In this document: one piece after another, positions 31,686 through 41,184 of the stretch | Layout of the letters: every line of letters begins with the position of its first letter | Position numbering within the stretch: position 1 is the first letter of the stretch | Virus record (IMG/VR): IMGVR_UViG_3300032236_001081 | Coordinates: 11,730 to 75,729 of that record | Reading direction: 5' to 3' (one strand) | Length of the DNA stretch: 64,000 nt | From: a virus | Made by a program: the position numbers and the translations under genes | Notes under the pieces: model-generated | What the model saw: only the letters and a program-made list of their open reading frames with translations | The model's database searches: none | Told to the model about the DNA's origin: nothing

Positions 31686-33368
31686 ATGGCTAAAATATTT
31701 GGTTTTAAAATTGAAGGAACTGGGGAAGATAAATCTAAACAGATTCTTTCTCCAGTTCCTCGTAATGATGAAGATAAATCAGATTATTATGTCCAAAGTG
31801 GATTTTACGGTCAGTATGTAGATATAGAAGGCGTTTATAAAAACGAAGCAGACTTGGTGAGAAGATACAGAGAGATGTCTCTACACCCAGAATGTGATAG
31901 TGCGATTGAAGATGTAATTAACGAAGCAATTGTATCAGATTTAAATGATAGTCCAATAGAGATTGAACTATCAAATTTACCAGCATCTGATAAATTAAAA
32001 GAAATTATCCGAAAAGAGTTCAAATACCTCAAAGAGGCTATGGACTTTGACAAAAAAGCACACGAAATTTTTAGAAATTGGTATGTGGATGGAAGGGTTT
32101 TTTATCATAAAGTAATTGATATAAAAAGACCTTCTGATGGAATCAAAGAAATTAGATATATTGACGCTCTTAAAATTAAATTAGTTCGCAAACTTAAAAA
32201 ACCAGGACAACAAAATACATTAAGTAAGCAAGTAAGCACTCTTCTTAAACAAAATGCAGACCAAAATTATGTTTCTCCTGAAATAGAAGAATATTATTTG
32301 TATGACCCAAATATAGGTAAGGGGTCAACTCAATCTAATCTACAAACTAGTTTTACTCAATCTCAAGCGATTAAATTATCTTCTGATTCTGTTGTATATG
32401 TTACCTCAGGATTAGTAGACAGAAATCGTCAAACTGTATTGTCTTATTTGCATAAAGCAATTAAAGCACTCAATCAACTAAGAATGATTGAAGATAGTAT
32501 TGTTATTTACAGACTATCTAGAAGTTCAGAAAAAAGAATCTTTTATATTGATGTTGGTAATCTTCCAAAGATTAAGGCAGAACAATATATGAGAGATGTG
32601 ATGAATCGTTATCGGAATAAACTAGTATACAACGCAGATACTGGTGAAATCCGTGATGATAGAAAATATATGGCTATGCTTGAAGACTACTGGTTACCTC
32701 GTAAAGATGGAGGTAGAGGAACAGAAGTTACTACTCTTCCAGCAGGACAAAACTTAGGAGAACTAGCTGATATTGAGTATTTCCAAAGAAAACTTTTTAA
32801 AGCTTTGGGAGTACCATCAACTCGTCTGGATGCAGGCGGTGGATTCAATCTGGGCCGTTCTTCTGAAATTCTTAGAGATGAACTTAAGTTCACTAGATTT
32901 GTAGGCAGATTAAGAAAAAGGTTTGCTCAAATCTTTATAGATTTACTGAAAACTCAACTTATTCTTAAAAATATCGTTACTCCTGAAGATTGGGAAATTC
33001 TTTCGGACCACATTCAATTTGATTTCTTATATGATAATCACTTTGCTGATTTAAAGAAGAATGAAATAATGAATGACAAACTAGGAGTGGTTGCAGCAAT
33101 GGAACCGTACCTTGGTCGTTATTTCTCAGCAGAATATGTAAGGAAAAATATCTTAGGGCAATCTGATAGTGAAATTCTGGATATTGATAAGCAAATTAAA
33201 AAAGAAATTGAAAAAGGAATCATTGCAAATCCTAAGGCAATGATGATGCCACCTACAGCAGGACAACCTCCCGCAGAAGGGCAGCCTCCTGCAATGGGTG
33301 CTCCAATGCAAGAGCCAGAAGTTGGCAATGGAGGAATGGGTGCAGGTAAAGATATAGGTCAAATTTAA
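31686..33368 (+). CDS. gp20: Portal protein gp20
   Basis: FRNWYVDGR; YLHKAIKALNQLRMIED; RIFYIDVGNLPK; EDYWLPRK.GGRGTEVTTLP. Confidence 0.97.
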   Translation: MAKIFGFKIEGTGEDKSKQILSPVPRNDEDKSDYYVQSGFYGQYVDIEGVYKNEADLVRRYREMSLHPECDSAIEDVINEAIVSDLNDSPIEIELSNLPASDKLKEIIRKEFKYLKEAMDFDKKAHEIFRNWYVDGRVFYHKVIDIKRPSDGIKEIRYIDALKIKLVRKLKKPGQQNTLSKQVSTLLKQNADQNYVSPEIEEYYLYDPNIGKGSTQSNLQTSFTQSQAIKLSSDSVVYVTSGLVDRNRQTVLSYLHKAIKALNQLRMIEDSIVIYRLSRSSEKRIFYIDVGNLPKIKAEQYMRDVMNRYRNKLVYNADTGEIRDDRKYMAMLEDYWLPRKDGGRGTEVTTLPAGQNLGELADIEYFQRKLFKALGVPSTRLDAGGGFNLGRSSEILRDELKFTRFVGRLRKRFAQIFIDLLKTQLILKNIVTPEDWEILSDHIQFDFLYDNHFADLKKNEIMNDKLGVVAAMEPYLGRYFSAEYVRKNILGQSDSEILDIDKQIKKEIEKGIIANPKAMMMPPTAGQPPAEGQPPAMGAPMQEPEVGNGGMGAGKDIGQI

Positions 33369-33397
33369 TAAATAGAACTGACATCTAATTACAACAA

Positions 33398-33619
33398 ATG
33401 GAAGACTTAGTGAATTTAATTGCAACTAATCAATCTGCTTCTGATATTTCAGATAAGATTAAAGAAATTCTTTATACCAAATCAGCAGAAAAAATCAATG
33501 AGGTAACTCCTTATGTTTCTGCTTCTATGTTTGGTCAGGAAGTAGATGAAGAGGATTACGAAGAAGAAGATGAGTATGAAGATGAAGAAGATGATGAAGA
33601 TGAAGATGAGGAGTATTGA
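33398..33619 (+). CDS. Small acidic prohead-core-like protein (gp67/gp68 position)
   Basis: Late box ATAAATA at 33368-33374; Asp/Glu-rich tail; sits between gp20 and gp21. Confidence 0.7.
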   Translation: MEDLVNLIATNQSASDISDKIKEILYTKSAEKINEVTPYVSASMFGQEVDEEDYEEEDEYEDEEDDEDEDEEY

Positions 33620-33633
33620 TATTTGTCCTTATT

Positions 33634-33641
33634 TATAAATA
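33634..33641 (+). promoter_or_regulatory. T4-type late promoter TATAAATA
   Basis: Exact consensus. Confidence 0.8.
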
Positions 33642-33662
33642 ACTAATAATTAGTATATTATA

Positions 33663-34220
33663 ATGTCTTTTAAAATTGTTCAAAAAATACCCACTATTTC
33701 TATTGCATCTTCTGGTGGGATTTCAACTTCCGTTCCAATTGCAATGAAAACTGGATACCTTCTGATTACCCCAGAAGATAATGCTTATGTTGAAATCAGT
33801 CCAAATCCACAAGTAGATAATGTATCAAGTCTTTGGGTTCCTGGTGGAAACTCTGTAGTTATCAAACAGGAATGGGGGTCTAGGTCTTTTATTGGAATCC
33901 AAACAGGTTCATCTACAACAATTATCTTTGAGTCTGGAACTGCTGCAGGATTTGAAGTTGGGGATGTAGTTTCAATTAGTGGAGTATCTCCAGTTGGAGT
34001 AAATACTAGTTTCACTACAGTAAATAGTATTGAAACTAGCACATCTTATGATAGTTATTATAATACAAGAATGACTGTGAATTGGAATACTTCTGGAATT
34101 GCCACAGTTACTAGCCCAGTCGGTGAAGTTCGTAAAGTTACAAAAGTTTCTGCATATAATGCAGGAAGTGGTGCGAATAAAATTCACATTACAGAAATCC
34201 AAGCAAACGCATACGCATAA
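33663..34220 (+). CDS. Hypothetical late (probable virion) protein
   Basis: Ser/Thr/Gly-rich beta-type sequence; late promoter; lies in the head gene cluster. Confidence 0.65.
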   Translation: MSFKIVQKIPTISIASSGGISTSVPIAMKTGYLLITPEDNAYVEISPNPQVDNVSSLWVPGGNSVVIKQEWGSRSFIGIQTGSSTTIIFESGTAAGFEVGDVVSISGVSPVGVNTSFTTVNSIETSTSYDSYYNTRMTVNWNTSGIATVTSPVGEVRKVTKVSAYNAGSGANKIHITEIQANAYA

Positions 34221-34224
34221 ACTA

Positions 34225-34878
34225 ATGAAACTAATCACCGAAGAAATAGACCAGGTAGAAGTTATCGTTGAAGAAATCAACGGTAAAAAATCTCTTTATA
34301 TTGAAGGAATTTTCCTTCAAGGTGATATGTGTAATCGCAACAAACGATTATACGAAATGGATACTTTAAGAGAAGGAGTAAAAACCTATACTGAAAGATA
34401 TCTCAGTAAAGGTAGGGCAGTTGGTGAATTGGGACACCCTCAAGGACCTGCTATCAATTTAGATAGAGTTTCTCATAATATTATATCACTAAAAGAATCT
34501 GGAAAAAACTTTATAGGTAAGGCTAAGATTTTAACATCTTTACCTATGGGTAAAATTGCTGCCGGTCTTTATGGAGAAGGAGTAAAGCTTGGGGTATCTT
34601 CTCGTGGTGTTGGTTCATTAGTTCCAACATCAAAGGGATATAGCGTAGTTGGAAGAGATTTTATGCTTTCAACTGCTGCAGATATCGTTCACGACCCATC
34701 TGCACCTGATGCATTTGTAAATGGCATTATGGAAGGTGTTAGTTGGTTGTATGATAGCAAGCAACAGATTTGGATTTCTGAAAATATTAAAAAGAGAATT
34801 GAAAGTGATTCATTCACTAAACAATTAACTGAAGAAAGAAAACTTCAGCATTTTGAAAATTATTTAAAATTACTTTGA
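34225..34878 (+). CDS. gp21: Prohead protease gp21
   Basis: Start reassigned to MKLITEE (ATG 34225); GELGHP; VSSRGVGSL; DIVHDPSAPDAFVNGIME. Confidence 0.95.
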   Translation: MKLITEEIDQVEVIVEEINGKKSLYIEGIFLQGDMCNRNKRLYEMDTLREGVKTYTERYLSKGRAVGELGHPQGPAINLDRVSHNIISLKESGKNFIGKAKILTSLPMGKIAAGLYGEGVKLGVSSRGVGSLVPTSKGYSVVGRDFMLSTAADIVHDPSAPDAFVNGIMEGVSWLYDSKQQIWISENIKKRIESDSFTKQLTEERKLQHFENYLKLL

Positions 34879-34901
34879 ATAATATCATAAAATATAAAAA
34901 T

Positions 34902-34909
34902 TATAAATA
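34902..34909 (+). promoter_or_regulatory. T4-type late promoter TATAAATA
   Basis: Exact consensus upstream of gp22-gp23. Confidence 0.85.
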
Positions 34910-34944
34910 AACATAGAATATACAAGGTTATTCGGAGAGTTCAA

Positions 34945-36174
34945 ATGTCTCGTGGTAAGAATTTACAAGAAATGGAAATAGGCACTAAACAATCTAACAC
35001 TGCGGTAAATGCAGGTGCAAAGTCGGGAGACTCAATGCCTAAGTTGACCACAGGTATTCCCGATGGTCAATCTGGTAGCTGGGAGGACCTAGGTGGTCCA
35101 ACTCCAGAAAATTATACAAACGACCCCGAAGGTCCAGCAAAACTTAAGGATGCTGCTGCAGTTTTACAACAGGTAAGAAATGTAGTTAATGCTAAAGCAA
35201 AAGCTGCAGACCCTATGCCTACTATGAAAAAGCCAGTAGATGAAGAATCCGAATACGATGATGAAGATGAAATCGTAGAGGCTAAAGAAGAAGATGATGA
35301 AGATATGGAGGATGAAGCTCCTAAATCTAAATCAAAGAAAAAAGGAATGATGAAAGGTAAAAAAGAAGAAGACAAAGAAGATGATGAAGAAAGCTGTGGG
35401 GACGACGAAGAAGTAAAAGAAGAAATTCAAATGATTGAAGACCAGATTGAAGAAGATGTAGCCGCTCTTCTTTCTGGTGAGGACCTTTCTGAAGAGTTTA
35501 AGTTCAAGGCAAGAACTGTTTTTGAAGCAGCTCTTAATGCCAGAACTGAACAAATTGAAGAGGCAATCATTCGTCAGTATGAAGAACAGCTTTCTGAAGA
35601 AGTTCAGGAAATTGTTGAAGCACTCACTGACCGTGTAGATGCTTATCTTGAGTATGTTGCCGATGAGTGGATTAAAGAAAATGCACTCGCAATAGAGACT
35701 GGACTCAAGGCTGAAATGACCGAATCATTCCTAAATGGAATGAAGGAACTTTTTGAAGATCATTATGTAACAATCCCTGAAGATAGATATGATGTACTTG
35801 AGAGTATGGTAGAAAAACTAGATGATATGGAGACAAAACTCAACGAGCAAATTGAAAGAAATGTTGCTCTAAACCAAAGATTAGCAGAGTCAGCAACTGA
35901 TGTAATTTTTGCAGAAGTAGCTGAAGGACTTGCAATTTCTCAAAAAGATAAGCTTGCCTCTCTTGCTGAAAATGTTGAGTTTGATGGTGAAGGAGAATAT
36001 CGTGAGAAACTAGTCACTCTAAGGGAATCTTATTTCCCTGCATATGCTAGTGCTCCAACCAGAAACAGACAAGATTATCTTGTTGAAGAGACTACTGATT
36101 CTGTTCCATATTCTGCTCCAACTGGAGTTATGGAAGCTTATGTCAATGCCTTCGCAAAAGTTTCTAAAAAGTGA
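34945..36174 (+). CDS. gp22: Prohead core scaffolding protein gp22
   Basis: WEDLGGPTPEN; LSEEFKFKARTVFEAA; VDAYLEYVADEW; LVTLRESYF. Confidence 0.95.
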   Translation: MSRGKNLQEMEIGTKQSNTAVNAGAKSGDSMPKLTTGIPDGQSGSWEDLGGPTPENYTNDPEGPAKLKDAAAVLQQVRNVVNAKAKAADPMPTMKKPVDEESEYDDEDEIVEAKEEDDEDMEDEAPKSKSKKKGMMKGKKEEDKEDDEESCGDDEEVKEEIQMIEDQIEEDVAALLSGEDLSEEFKFKARTVFEAALNARTEQIEEAIIRQYEEQLSEEVQEIVEALTDRVDAYLEYVADEWIKENALAIETGLKAEMTESFLNGMKELFEDHYVTIPEDRYDVLESMVEKLDDMETKLNEQIERNVALNQRLAESATDVIFAEVAEGLAISQKDKLASLAENVEFDGEGEYREKLVTLRESYFPAYASAPTRNRQDYLVEETTDSVPYSAPTGVMEAYVNAFAKVSKK

Positions 36175-36229
36175 TTTTTAGATAATATCAAATCAAACAA
36201 CAAACTATTTTTTAAAAGAGGTAAATCAA

Positions 36230-37624
36230 ATGCAAATGTTCAATGCAGAACAATTGCAAGAAAAGTGGGCACCGCTCCTTGATTTCAATGGAGTAGAATC
36301 TATTGGAGATTCACACCGTAGAGCTGTGACTGCTATCTTGCTAGAGAACCAAGAAAGAGCACTCAGAGAAGAAAGAGAGTTTCTTTCAGAATCACCCACT
36401 ACTAATACTCAAGGAGCACCTGGTGCTGCTGGTTTCAGTTATGGTGCTGATGCAACTGGACCCGTAGCTGGTTTTGACCCTGTTCTTATCAGTCTCATTC
36501 GTCGTTCAATGCCTAACTTGGTCGCATATGACCTAGCTGGCGTTCAACCAATGAATGGTCCTGTAAGCTTGATCTTCGCAATGAGATCGCGCTATAAGAA
36601 CCAGTCTGGTGCTGAAACATTCTACAATGAAGTAGATACAGCATTCACTGGACAAAATTCTAGCTTTGATAATACTGACGGTTGGGTTGATGGTGCGGTT
36701 GGACTTGGTACTACTGCACAGTCAGGCGGAAACCCCGGTCTTCTGAACCCTGATGGTAGTGGTGCTTACAATGTAGGACAAGCTATGAGCACTGCTGAGG
36801 CAGAAAGTCTCGGTAGCACCTATGACAATAACAACCAGTTCAATGAAATGTCTCTCAGCATTGAGAGAGTGTCCGTTACTGCGAAGTCACGCGCCCTGAA
36901 GGCTGAGTACAGCTTAGAGCTTGCACAAGACCTCAAGGCTATTCACGGTCTGAATGCAGAAGCTGAATTAGCTAACATTCTCTCAACTGAAATCCTTGCT
37001 GAAATCAACAGAGAAGTTATCCGTACTATCTACGGAATTGCTAAGCCTGGTGCTCAGAACAATGTTGCAACTAGAGGCATTTTTGACCTTGATGTTGACA
37101 GCAACGGTCGTTGGTCAGTTGAGAAGTTCAAAGGTCTTATCTTCCAAATCGAGCGTGATGCTAACCTCATCGCACAAACCACTCGTAGAGGAAAGGGTAA
37201 TATCATTATGTGCTCTGCAGACATCGCTTCTGCTCTTGCACACGCTGGTATTCTTGATTATACCCCAGCACTTAATGCAAACTTGACTGTTGATGACACC
37301 GGAAATACTTTCGCAGGCGTTCTTCAAGGTAAGTTCAAAGTTTATATTGACCCATATGCTGCTAACAACTCTGGTACTCAGTACTATGTTGCAGGATACA
37401 AGGGTTCTTCCCCTTATGATGCTGGTCTATTCTATTGCCCTTATGTTCCTCTCCAAATGGTTCGTGCCGTTGGTGAGAGAAGCTTCCAGCCAAAAATCGG
37501 ATTTAAGACCCGTTATGGTATGGTTGCTAACCCATTTGCAGGCGGTCTTGACCAGGATATGGGAGTTATTAAGAGAAACAGCAATAACTACTACCGTAGA
37601 GTTACCGTAAAGAACTTAATGTGA
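36230..37624 (+). CDS. gp23: Major capsid protein gp23
   Basis: LQEKWAPLL; FDPVLISLIRRSMP; KSRALKAEYSLELAQDLKAIHG; FYCPYVPL; FQPKIGFKTRYG. Confidence 0.99.
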   Translation: MQMFNAEQLQEKWAPLLDFNGVESIGDSHRRAVTAILLENQERALREEREFLSESPTTNTQGAPGAAGFSYGADATGPVAGFDPVLISLIRRSMPNLVAYDLAGVQPMNGPVSLIFAMRSRYKNQSGAETFYNEVDTAFTGQNSSFDNTDGWVDGAVGLGTTAQSGGNPGLLNPDGSGAYNVGQAMSTAEAESLGSTYDNNNQFNEMSLSIERVSVTAKSRALKAEYSLELAQDLKAIHGLNAEAELANILSTEILAEINREVIRTIYGIAKPGAQNNVATRGIFDLDVDSNGRWSVEKFKGLIFQIERDANLIAQTTRRGKGNIIMCSADIASALAHAGILDYTPALNANLTVDDTGNTFAGVLQGKFKVYIDPYAANNSGTQYYVAGYKGSSPYDAGLFYCPYVPLQMVRAVGERSFQPKIGFKTRYGMVANPFAGGLDQDMGVIKRNSNNYYRRVTVKNLM

Positions 37625-37645
37625 GTTCAGTTTACATTTAACTTC

Positions 37646-37673
37646 AGGACCTCCCAAAAGGGGGTCCTTTTTT
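37646..37673 (+). terminator. Rho-independent terminator after gp23
   Basis: AGGACCTCC-loop-GGGGGTCCT followed by a T-tract. Confidence 0.9.
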
Positions 37674-37710
37674 ATTGGAATAAATAGGTATGATTGAATA
37701 AATTGATAAA

Positions 37711-38253
37711 ATGTCGGGAAATCCTTGGCCTAATCAGATTACAAATAGAAACTTTCTATCTCCAATAGGATTTAAATTTTCTTTGGTAAAGAAGCCAAAA
37801 ATAGATTTTTTTTGTAATGCTGCAAATCTACCAGGTCTAAATCTAGGAGTTGCAATCCAATCTAATCCACTTAAACCAATTCCTATTCCAGGAGATACCT
37901 TATCTTATGAGGATTTAACTCTTCGTTTTATGGTAGACGAAGATATGGTGAATTACCTAGAAGTTTATAATTGGTTGGTTCAATTCGGATTTCCAGATAA
38001 CTTCGGACAATACCAGCAACTATTGAATGAAGATGAAAATAGTAAAGGAAAACAAAATGCAATTTCCGGTATGTCGGATGGAACTCTTTTTGTTTATAAC
38101 AATACTTTCAATCCAAATTTAAAAGTTGTTTTTAAAGACTTATTCCCAGTTTCTCTAAGTGGTATTTCATTTGATAGCACTTCAAATGATGTGAATTATG
38201 TGACAGCACAGGTCACTTTCAAGTATACTATATTTGATATTATTAAACTATAA
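37711..38253 (+). CDS. gp3: Tail completion protein gp3
   Basis: NRNFLSPIGFKF; FMVDEDMVNY; FKDLFPVSLS; late box at 37680-37686. Confidence 0.9.
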   Translation: MSGNPWPNQITNRNFLSPIGFKFSLVKKPKIDFFCNAANLPGLNLGVAIQSNPLKPIPIPGDTLSYEDLTLRFMVDEDMVNYLEVYNWLVQFGFPDNFGQYQQLLNEDENSKGKQNAISGMSDGTLFVYNNTFNPNLKVVFKDLFPVSLSGISFDSTSNDVNYVTAQVTFKYTIFDIIKL

Positions 38254-38256
38254 TTT

Positions 38257-38685
38257 ATGAACATTAATGAAATTGAAAGTCTCTGGGAAGAAGATAGTAA
38301 AATAGACCCAGATAATCTACATCTTGAAAGTATTAAAATTCCTTCTCTACACTCTAAGTATCATCAAATTCACAATAATATATCATTACTTAAAAAGATA
38401 GAAGAAAATAAATTAGCAGTTATTGAGAAAGAAAAATGGTTATATTATTCAGGGAAAGCAAGTCCAGAAGTCTATAAAGAAACCCCATTTGACCACAGAG
38501 TGATGAAACAGGACTTAGATAAGTATCTACGGTCAGATGAAGATATTGTCAAAGTTATCACTAAAATTCAATATTTCCAACTAATGTTGGACTATCTTGA
38601 AAGTATTCTCAAGACTTTACATAATAGAACTTTTGTAATTAAAAATGCAATTGATTGGTCTAAATTTTCTGCAGGATATGATTAA
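38257..38685 (+). CDS. uvsY: Recombination mediator UvsY
   Basis: WEEDSKID...ESIKIPSLHSKY; YYSGKA; RTFVIKNAIDW. Confidence 0.92.
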   Translation: MNINEIESLWEEDSKIDPDNLHLESIKIPSLHSKYHQIHNNISLLKKIEENKLAVIEKEKWLYYSGKASPEVYKETPFDHRVMKQDLDKYLRSDEDIVKVITKIQYFQLMLDYLESILKTLHNRTFVIKNAIDWSKFSAGYD

Positions 38686-38687
38686 TT

Positions 38688-40160
38688 ATGTCAGATATTA
38701 TTATTTCAAAAAAGAATGAGGTATACCTCAAACTCAAATGTGAGCCACATATTCTTTATGAATTGGCACCATATTTTACATTTGAAGTTGAGAATGCCAA
38801 ATTTATGCCTCAGACTAGAAGAAGGAACTGGGATGGAGTTATTCATCTACTTAGCACTCATACTGGAGAACTTTATGTTGGTCTTCTTGATAAGTTAATT
38901 GAGAAGATAAAGTCTCACGAATATACCTATGAATTTGAAGATAGTAAATTCTATGGCCTTCCTTTTGAAGAAAATGAAATGATTTCTTTTGAAGGAGTTA
39001 AATCCTATATGAGGTCAATTCTTTCTTCAAAGTATGAAGCAAGAGATTATCAGATTGATGCAGTAACTGATGCACTTAAATATAATCGTAAACTTCTTCT
39101 TTCTCCTACGAGTAGTGGTAAATCAATGATGATTTACACACTTATCCGCTATTACACTCAAAAGGGGCTTAAGACGCTTCTAATTACGCCTACAACTTCC
39201 CTTGTAGAACAAATGTATAAAGACTTCCACGATTATGGTTGGGACTGTGAGGAGTTCATACACCGGGTGTATTCAGGCCGTGCTAAGCAAACAGATAAGC
39301 AAATTATGATATCTACTTATCAAAGCATTTATGATTTAGATAAAAAATATTTTAATGAGTTTGATGTTGTGATTGTTGATGAAGCCCACACTGCAAAATC
39401 AAAGTCAATTACGGGTATTATGAATAAAATGCATAATACAAAATATCGTTTTGGATTTACTGGAACTTTAGATGGAAGCACTACTCATAAATGGTGTCTA
39501 GAAGGAATGTTTGGTCCTACTTATAAAGTAACTCAAACTAAAGAGTTAATGGATAAGGGAAATATTGCTCAACTTCAAATTCAAGTTCTTGTTCTTCAAC
39601 ATAAAGGACAAAAGTTTGAAACTTATGAAGATGAAATTCAGTATTTGATTACTCACGAGAAAAGAAATAACTTCATCAAAAATCTTACTTTAGATTTAAA
39701 AGGTAATACTTTAATTCTTTATAGTCGGGTAGAAACTCACGGAGCAATCTTATATGACCTAATAAATAGTTCAGTGCCCGATGAACGAAAAGTATTTTTT
39801 GTTTTTGGTGGAGTTGACACTGAAGAGAGAGAGAAAATAAGGGAAATTACCGAAACTGAAACTGATGCAGTTATTGTTGCTTCTTATGGTGTTTTTAGCA
39901 CTGGTATCTCCATAAAAAATCTTCATAATCTTATTTTTGCAAGCCCTTCCAAATCAAGAATAAGAAATCTTCAAAGTATTGGTAGAATACTTAGAAAGTC
40001 AAATACTAAAAATAAAGCAGTTCTTTATGATATTGCCGATGATTGCACTTATAATTCAAAAAAGAATTATACACTAAACCACCTTATTGAAAGAATAAAA
40101 ATTTATTCTGAAGAACAATTTAATTATCAATTACACAAAATTAACTTTAAAGAAAAATGA
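38688..40160 (+). CDS. uvsW: SF2 helicase UvsW
   Basis: RDYQ; SPTSSGKS; DEAH; FGFTGTL; QSIGRILR. Confidence 0.95.
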   Translation: MSDIIISKKNEVYLKLKCEPHILYELAPYFTFEVENAKFMPQTRRRNWDGVIHLLSTHTGELYVGLLDKLIEKIKSHEYTYEFEDSKFYGLPFEENEMISFEGVKSYMRSILSSKYEARDYQIDAVTDALKYNRKLLLSPTSSGKSMMIYTLIRYYTQKGLKTLLITPTTSLVEQMYKDFHDYGWDCEEFIHRVYSGRAKQTDKQIMISTYQSIYDLDKKYFNEFDVVIVDEAHTAKSKSITGIMNKMHNTKYRFGFTGTLDGSTTHKWCLEGMFGPTYKVTQTKELMDKGNIAQLQIQVLVLQHKGQKFETYEDEIQYLITHEKRNNFIKNLTLDLKGNTLILYSRVETHGAILYDLINSSVPDERKVFFVFGGVDTEEREKIREITETETDAVIVASYGVFSTGISIKNLHNLIFASPSKSRIRNLQSIGRILRKSNTKNKAVLYDIADDCTYNSKKNYTLNHLIERIKIYSEEQFNYQLHKINFKEK

Positions 40161-40582
40161 ATGAAGAAGAATTCTATGCAACAATCAAATTAGTCTCTGG
40201 GGAAGAAATATTTGCAAAAGTATGTCCTTTTGATGAAGAAGATAAAACAATTTTAGTTTTAGATAATCCGATTACAATAGAAACAATATATGTTCCTAGG
40301 TTTGAAGGTTCTATTGCAAAAGTGCATCCTTGGATTAAATTAAGTGACGATACTATGTTTATTATCAATTTAGATAAAGTTATTACTATGACAGAAGTGT
40401 TTGAAAGTTCTCTTATTAAGATGCATAAAAAATACAGCAGAGAACGGTTTAAGAGTTCTAATAAATCTGAAATTACTCCTAATATGGGATATGTTTCATC
40501 TATTACTGATGCCCGTCGGGACCTAGAAAAAATCTATAACCTAGAGAGTTCTAAAAGTAATTTAGATAATATAAAGGAATAG
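40157..40582 (+). CDS. Conserved hypothetical (Sm-like fold candidate)
   Basis: FYATIKLVSGEEIFAKV; MGYVSSITDARRDLEKIY; conserved position between uvsW and gp55. Confidence 0.75.
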   Translation: MNEEEFYATIKLVSGEEIFAKVCPFDEEDKTILVLDNPITIETIYVPRFEGSIAKVHPWIKLSDDTMFIINLDKVITMTEVFESSLIKMHKKYSRERFKSSNKSEITPNMGYVSSITDARRDLEKIYNLESSKSNLDNIKE

Positions 40583-40606
40583 AGTTATTTTCAACTCACA
40601 GAAGTT

Positions 40607-40635
40607 ATTATACTTACTTTAGAGTATGCCGTCAA
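40607..40635 (-). promoter_or_regulatory. Antisense sigma70-type promoter TTGACG-N17-TATAAT
   Basis: + strand shows ATTATA (40607-40612), a 17-nt spacer, then CGTCAA (40630-40635). Confidence 0.7.
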
Positions 40636-40639
40636 TAGG

Positions 40640-40647
40640 TATAAATA
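40640..40647 (+). promoter_or_regulatory. Late promoter TATAAATA upstream of gp55
   Basis: Exact consensus. Confidence 0.55.
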
Positions 40648-40661
40648 CTCATCTTTTAAAA

Positions 40662-40691
40662 TTGACTTATGTGGTAAGGTCTTGTTAAGAT
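40662..40691 (+). promoter_or_regulatory. Early sigma70-like promoter for gp55-gp47-gp46
   Basis: TTGACT-N18-TAAGAT with extended TGn. Confidence 0.6.
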
Positions 40692-40714
40692 ATTCACAAA
40701 TAAAAGTATGTAAA

Positions 40715-41182
40715 ATGATTAAAAAACAAAAAAATATTCATTATGTAAACAATAAAGAATTTCACGAAGCACTTATTGTTTATAAGAACAAATGTAATAT
40801 AGCAAAAGAGAAAGGAGAGCCGAAACCACAAATTTCAACTTATCTCGGGGATTGCTTTCTAAAAATTGCTACTCACTTATCATATCGTCCTAATTTTGTG
40901 AATTATATGTTCCGTGATGATATGATAAGTGATGGAGTTGAGAATTGTCTGCAGTATATTCATAACTTTGATGTAGAAAGGACAAATCCATTTGCTTATT
41001 TTACTCAAATCGTATACTACGCATTTCTACGCCGTATAGGTAAAGAGAAAAAACAAGTAGAGATTAAAGAGAAAATTCTAGAAAGAACTTCATTTGATGA
41101 AGTCTTTACTGCCGACGAACATTTTAGTAGTTCAGATTACAACTCAATTAAAGAGGGTCTTTATTCTAAACATCGTTATTGA
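40715..41182 (+). CDS. gp55: Late-transcription sigma factor gp55
   Basis: HYVNNKEF; CFLKIATHLSYRPNFVNYMFRDDMISDGVENCLQY; NPFAYFTQI; start reassigned to ATG 40715. Confidence 0.96.
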   Translation: MIKKQKNIHYVNNKEFHEALIVYKNKCNIAKEKGEPKPQISTYLGDCFLKIATHLSYRPNFVNYMFRDDMISDGVENCLQYIHNFDVERTNPFAYFTQIVYYAFLRRIGKEKKQVEIKEKILERTSFDEVFTADEHFSSSDYNSIKEGLYSKHRY

Positions 41183-41184
41183 TT

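Noticed and set aside
33541-33615. GAA/GAT trinucleotide-like repeat (also ~35240-35420 in gp22)
   Set aside because: Simply encodes acidic low-complexity tracts typical of prohead core proteins; not a CRISPR or VNTR
34099-34224. Upstream extension of gp21 in the ORF track (similar extensions for gp55, gp45, hsp20, nrdA and the 44202 and 59305 ORFs)
   Set aside because: The extensions overlap neighbouring genes or promoters; conserved N-termini and SD positions support the downstream ATGs
39762-39768. ATAAATA inside uvsW (and at the end of regA, 47015-47021)
   Set aside because: The heptamer is expected by chance in AT-rich coding DNA; it could be an internal late promoter but has no independent support
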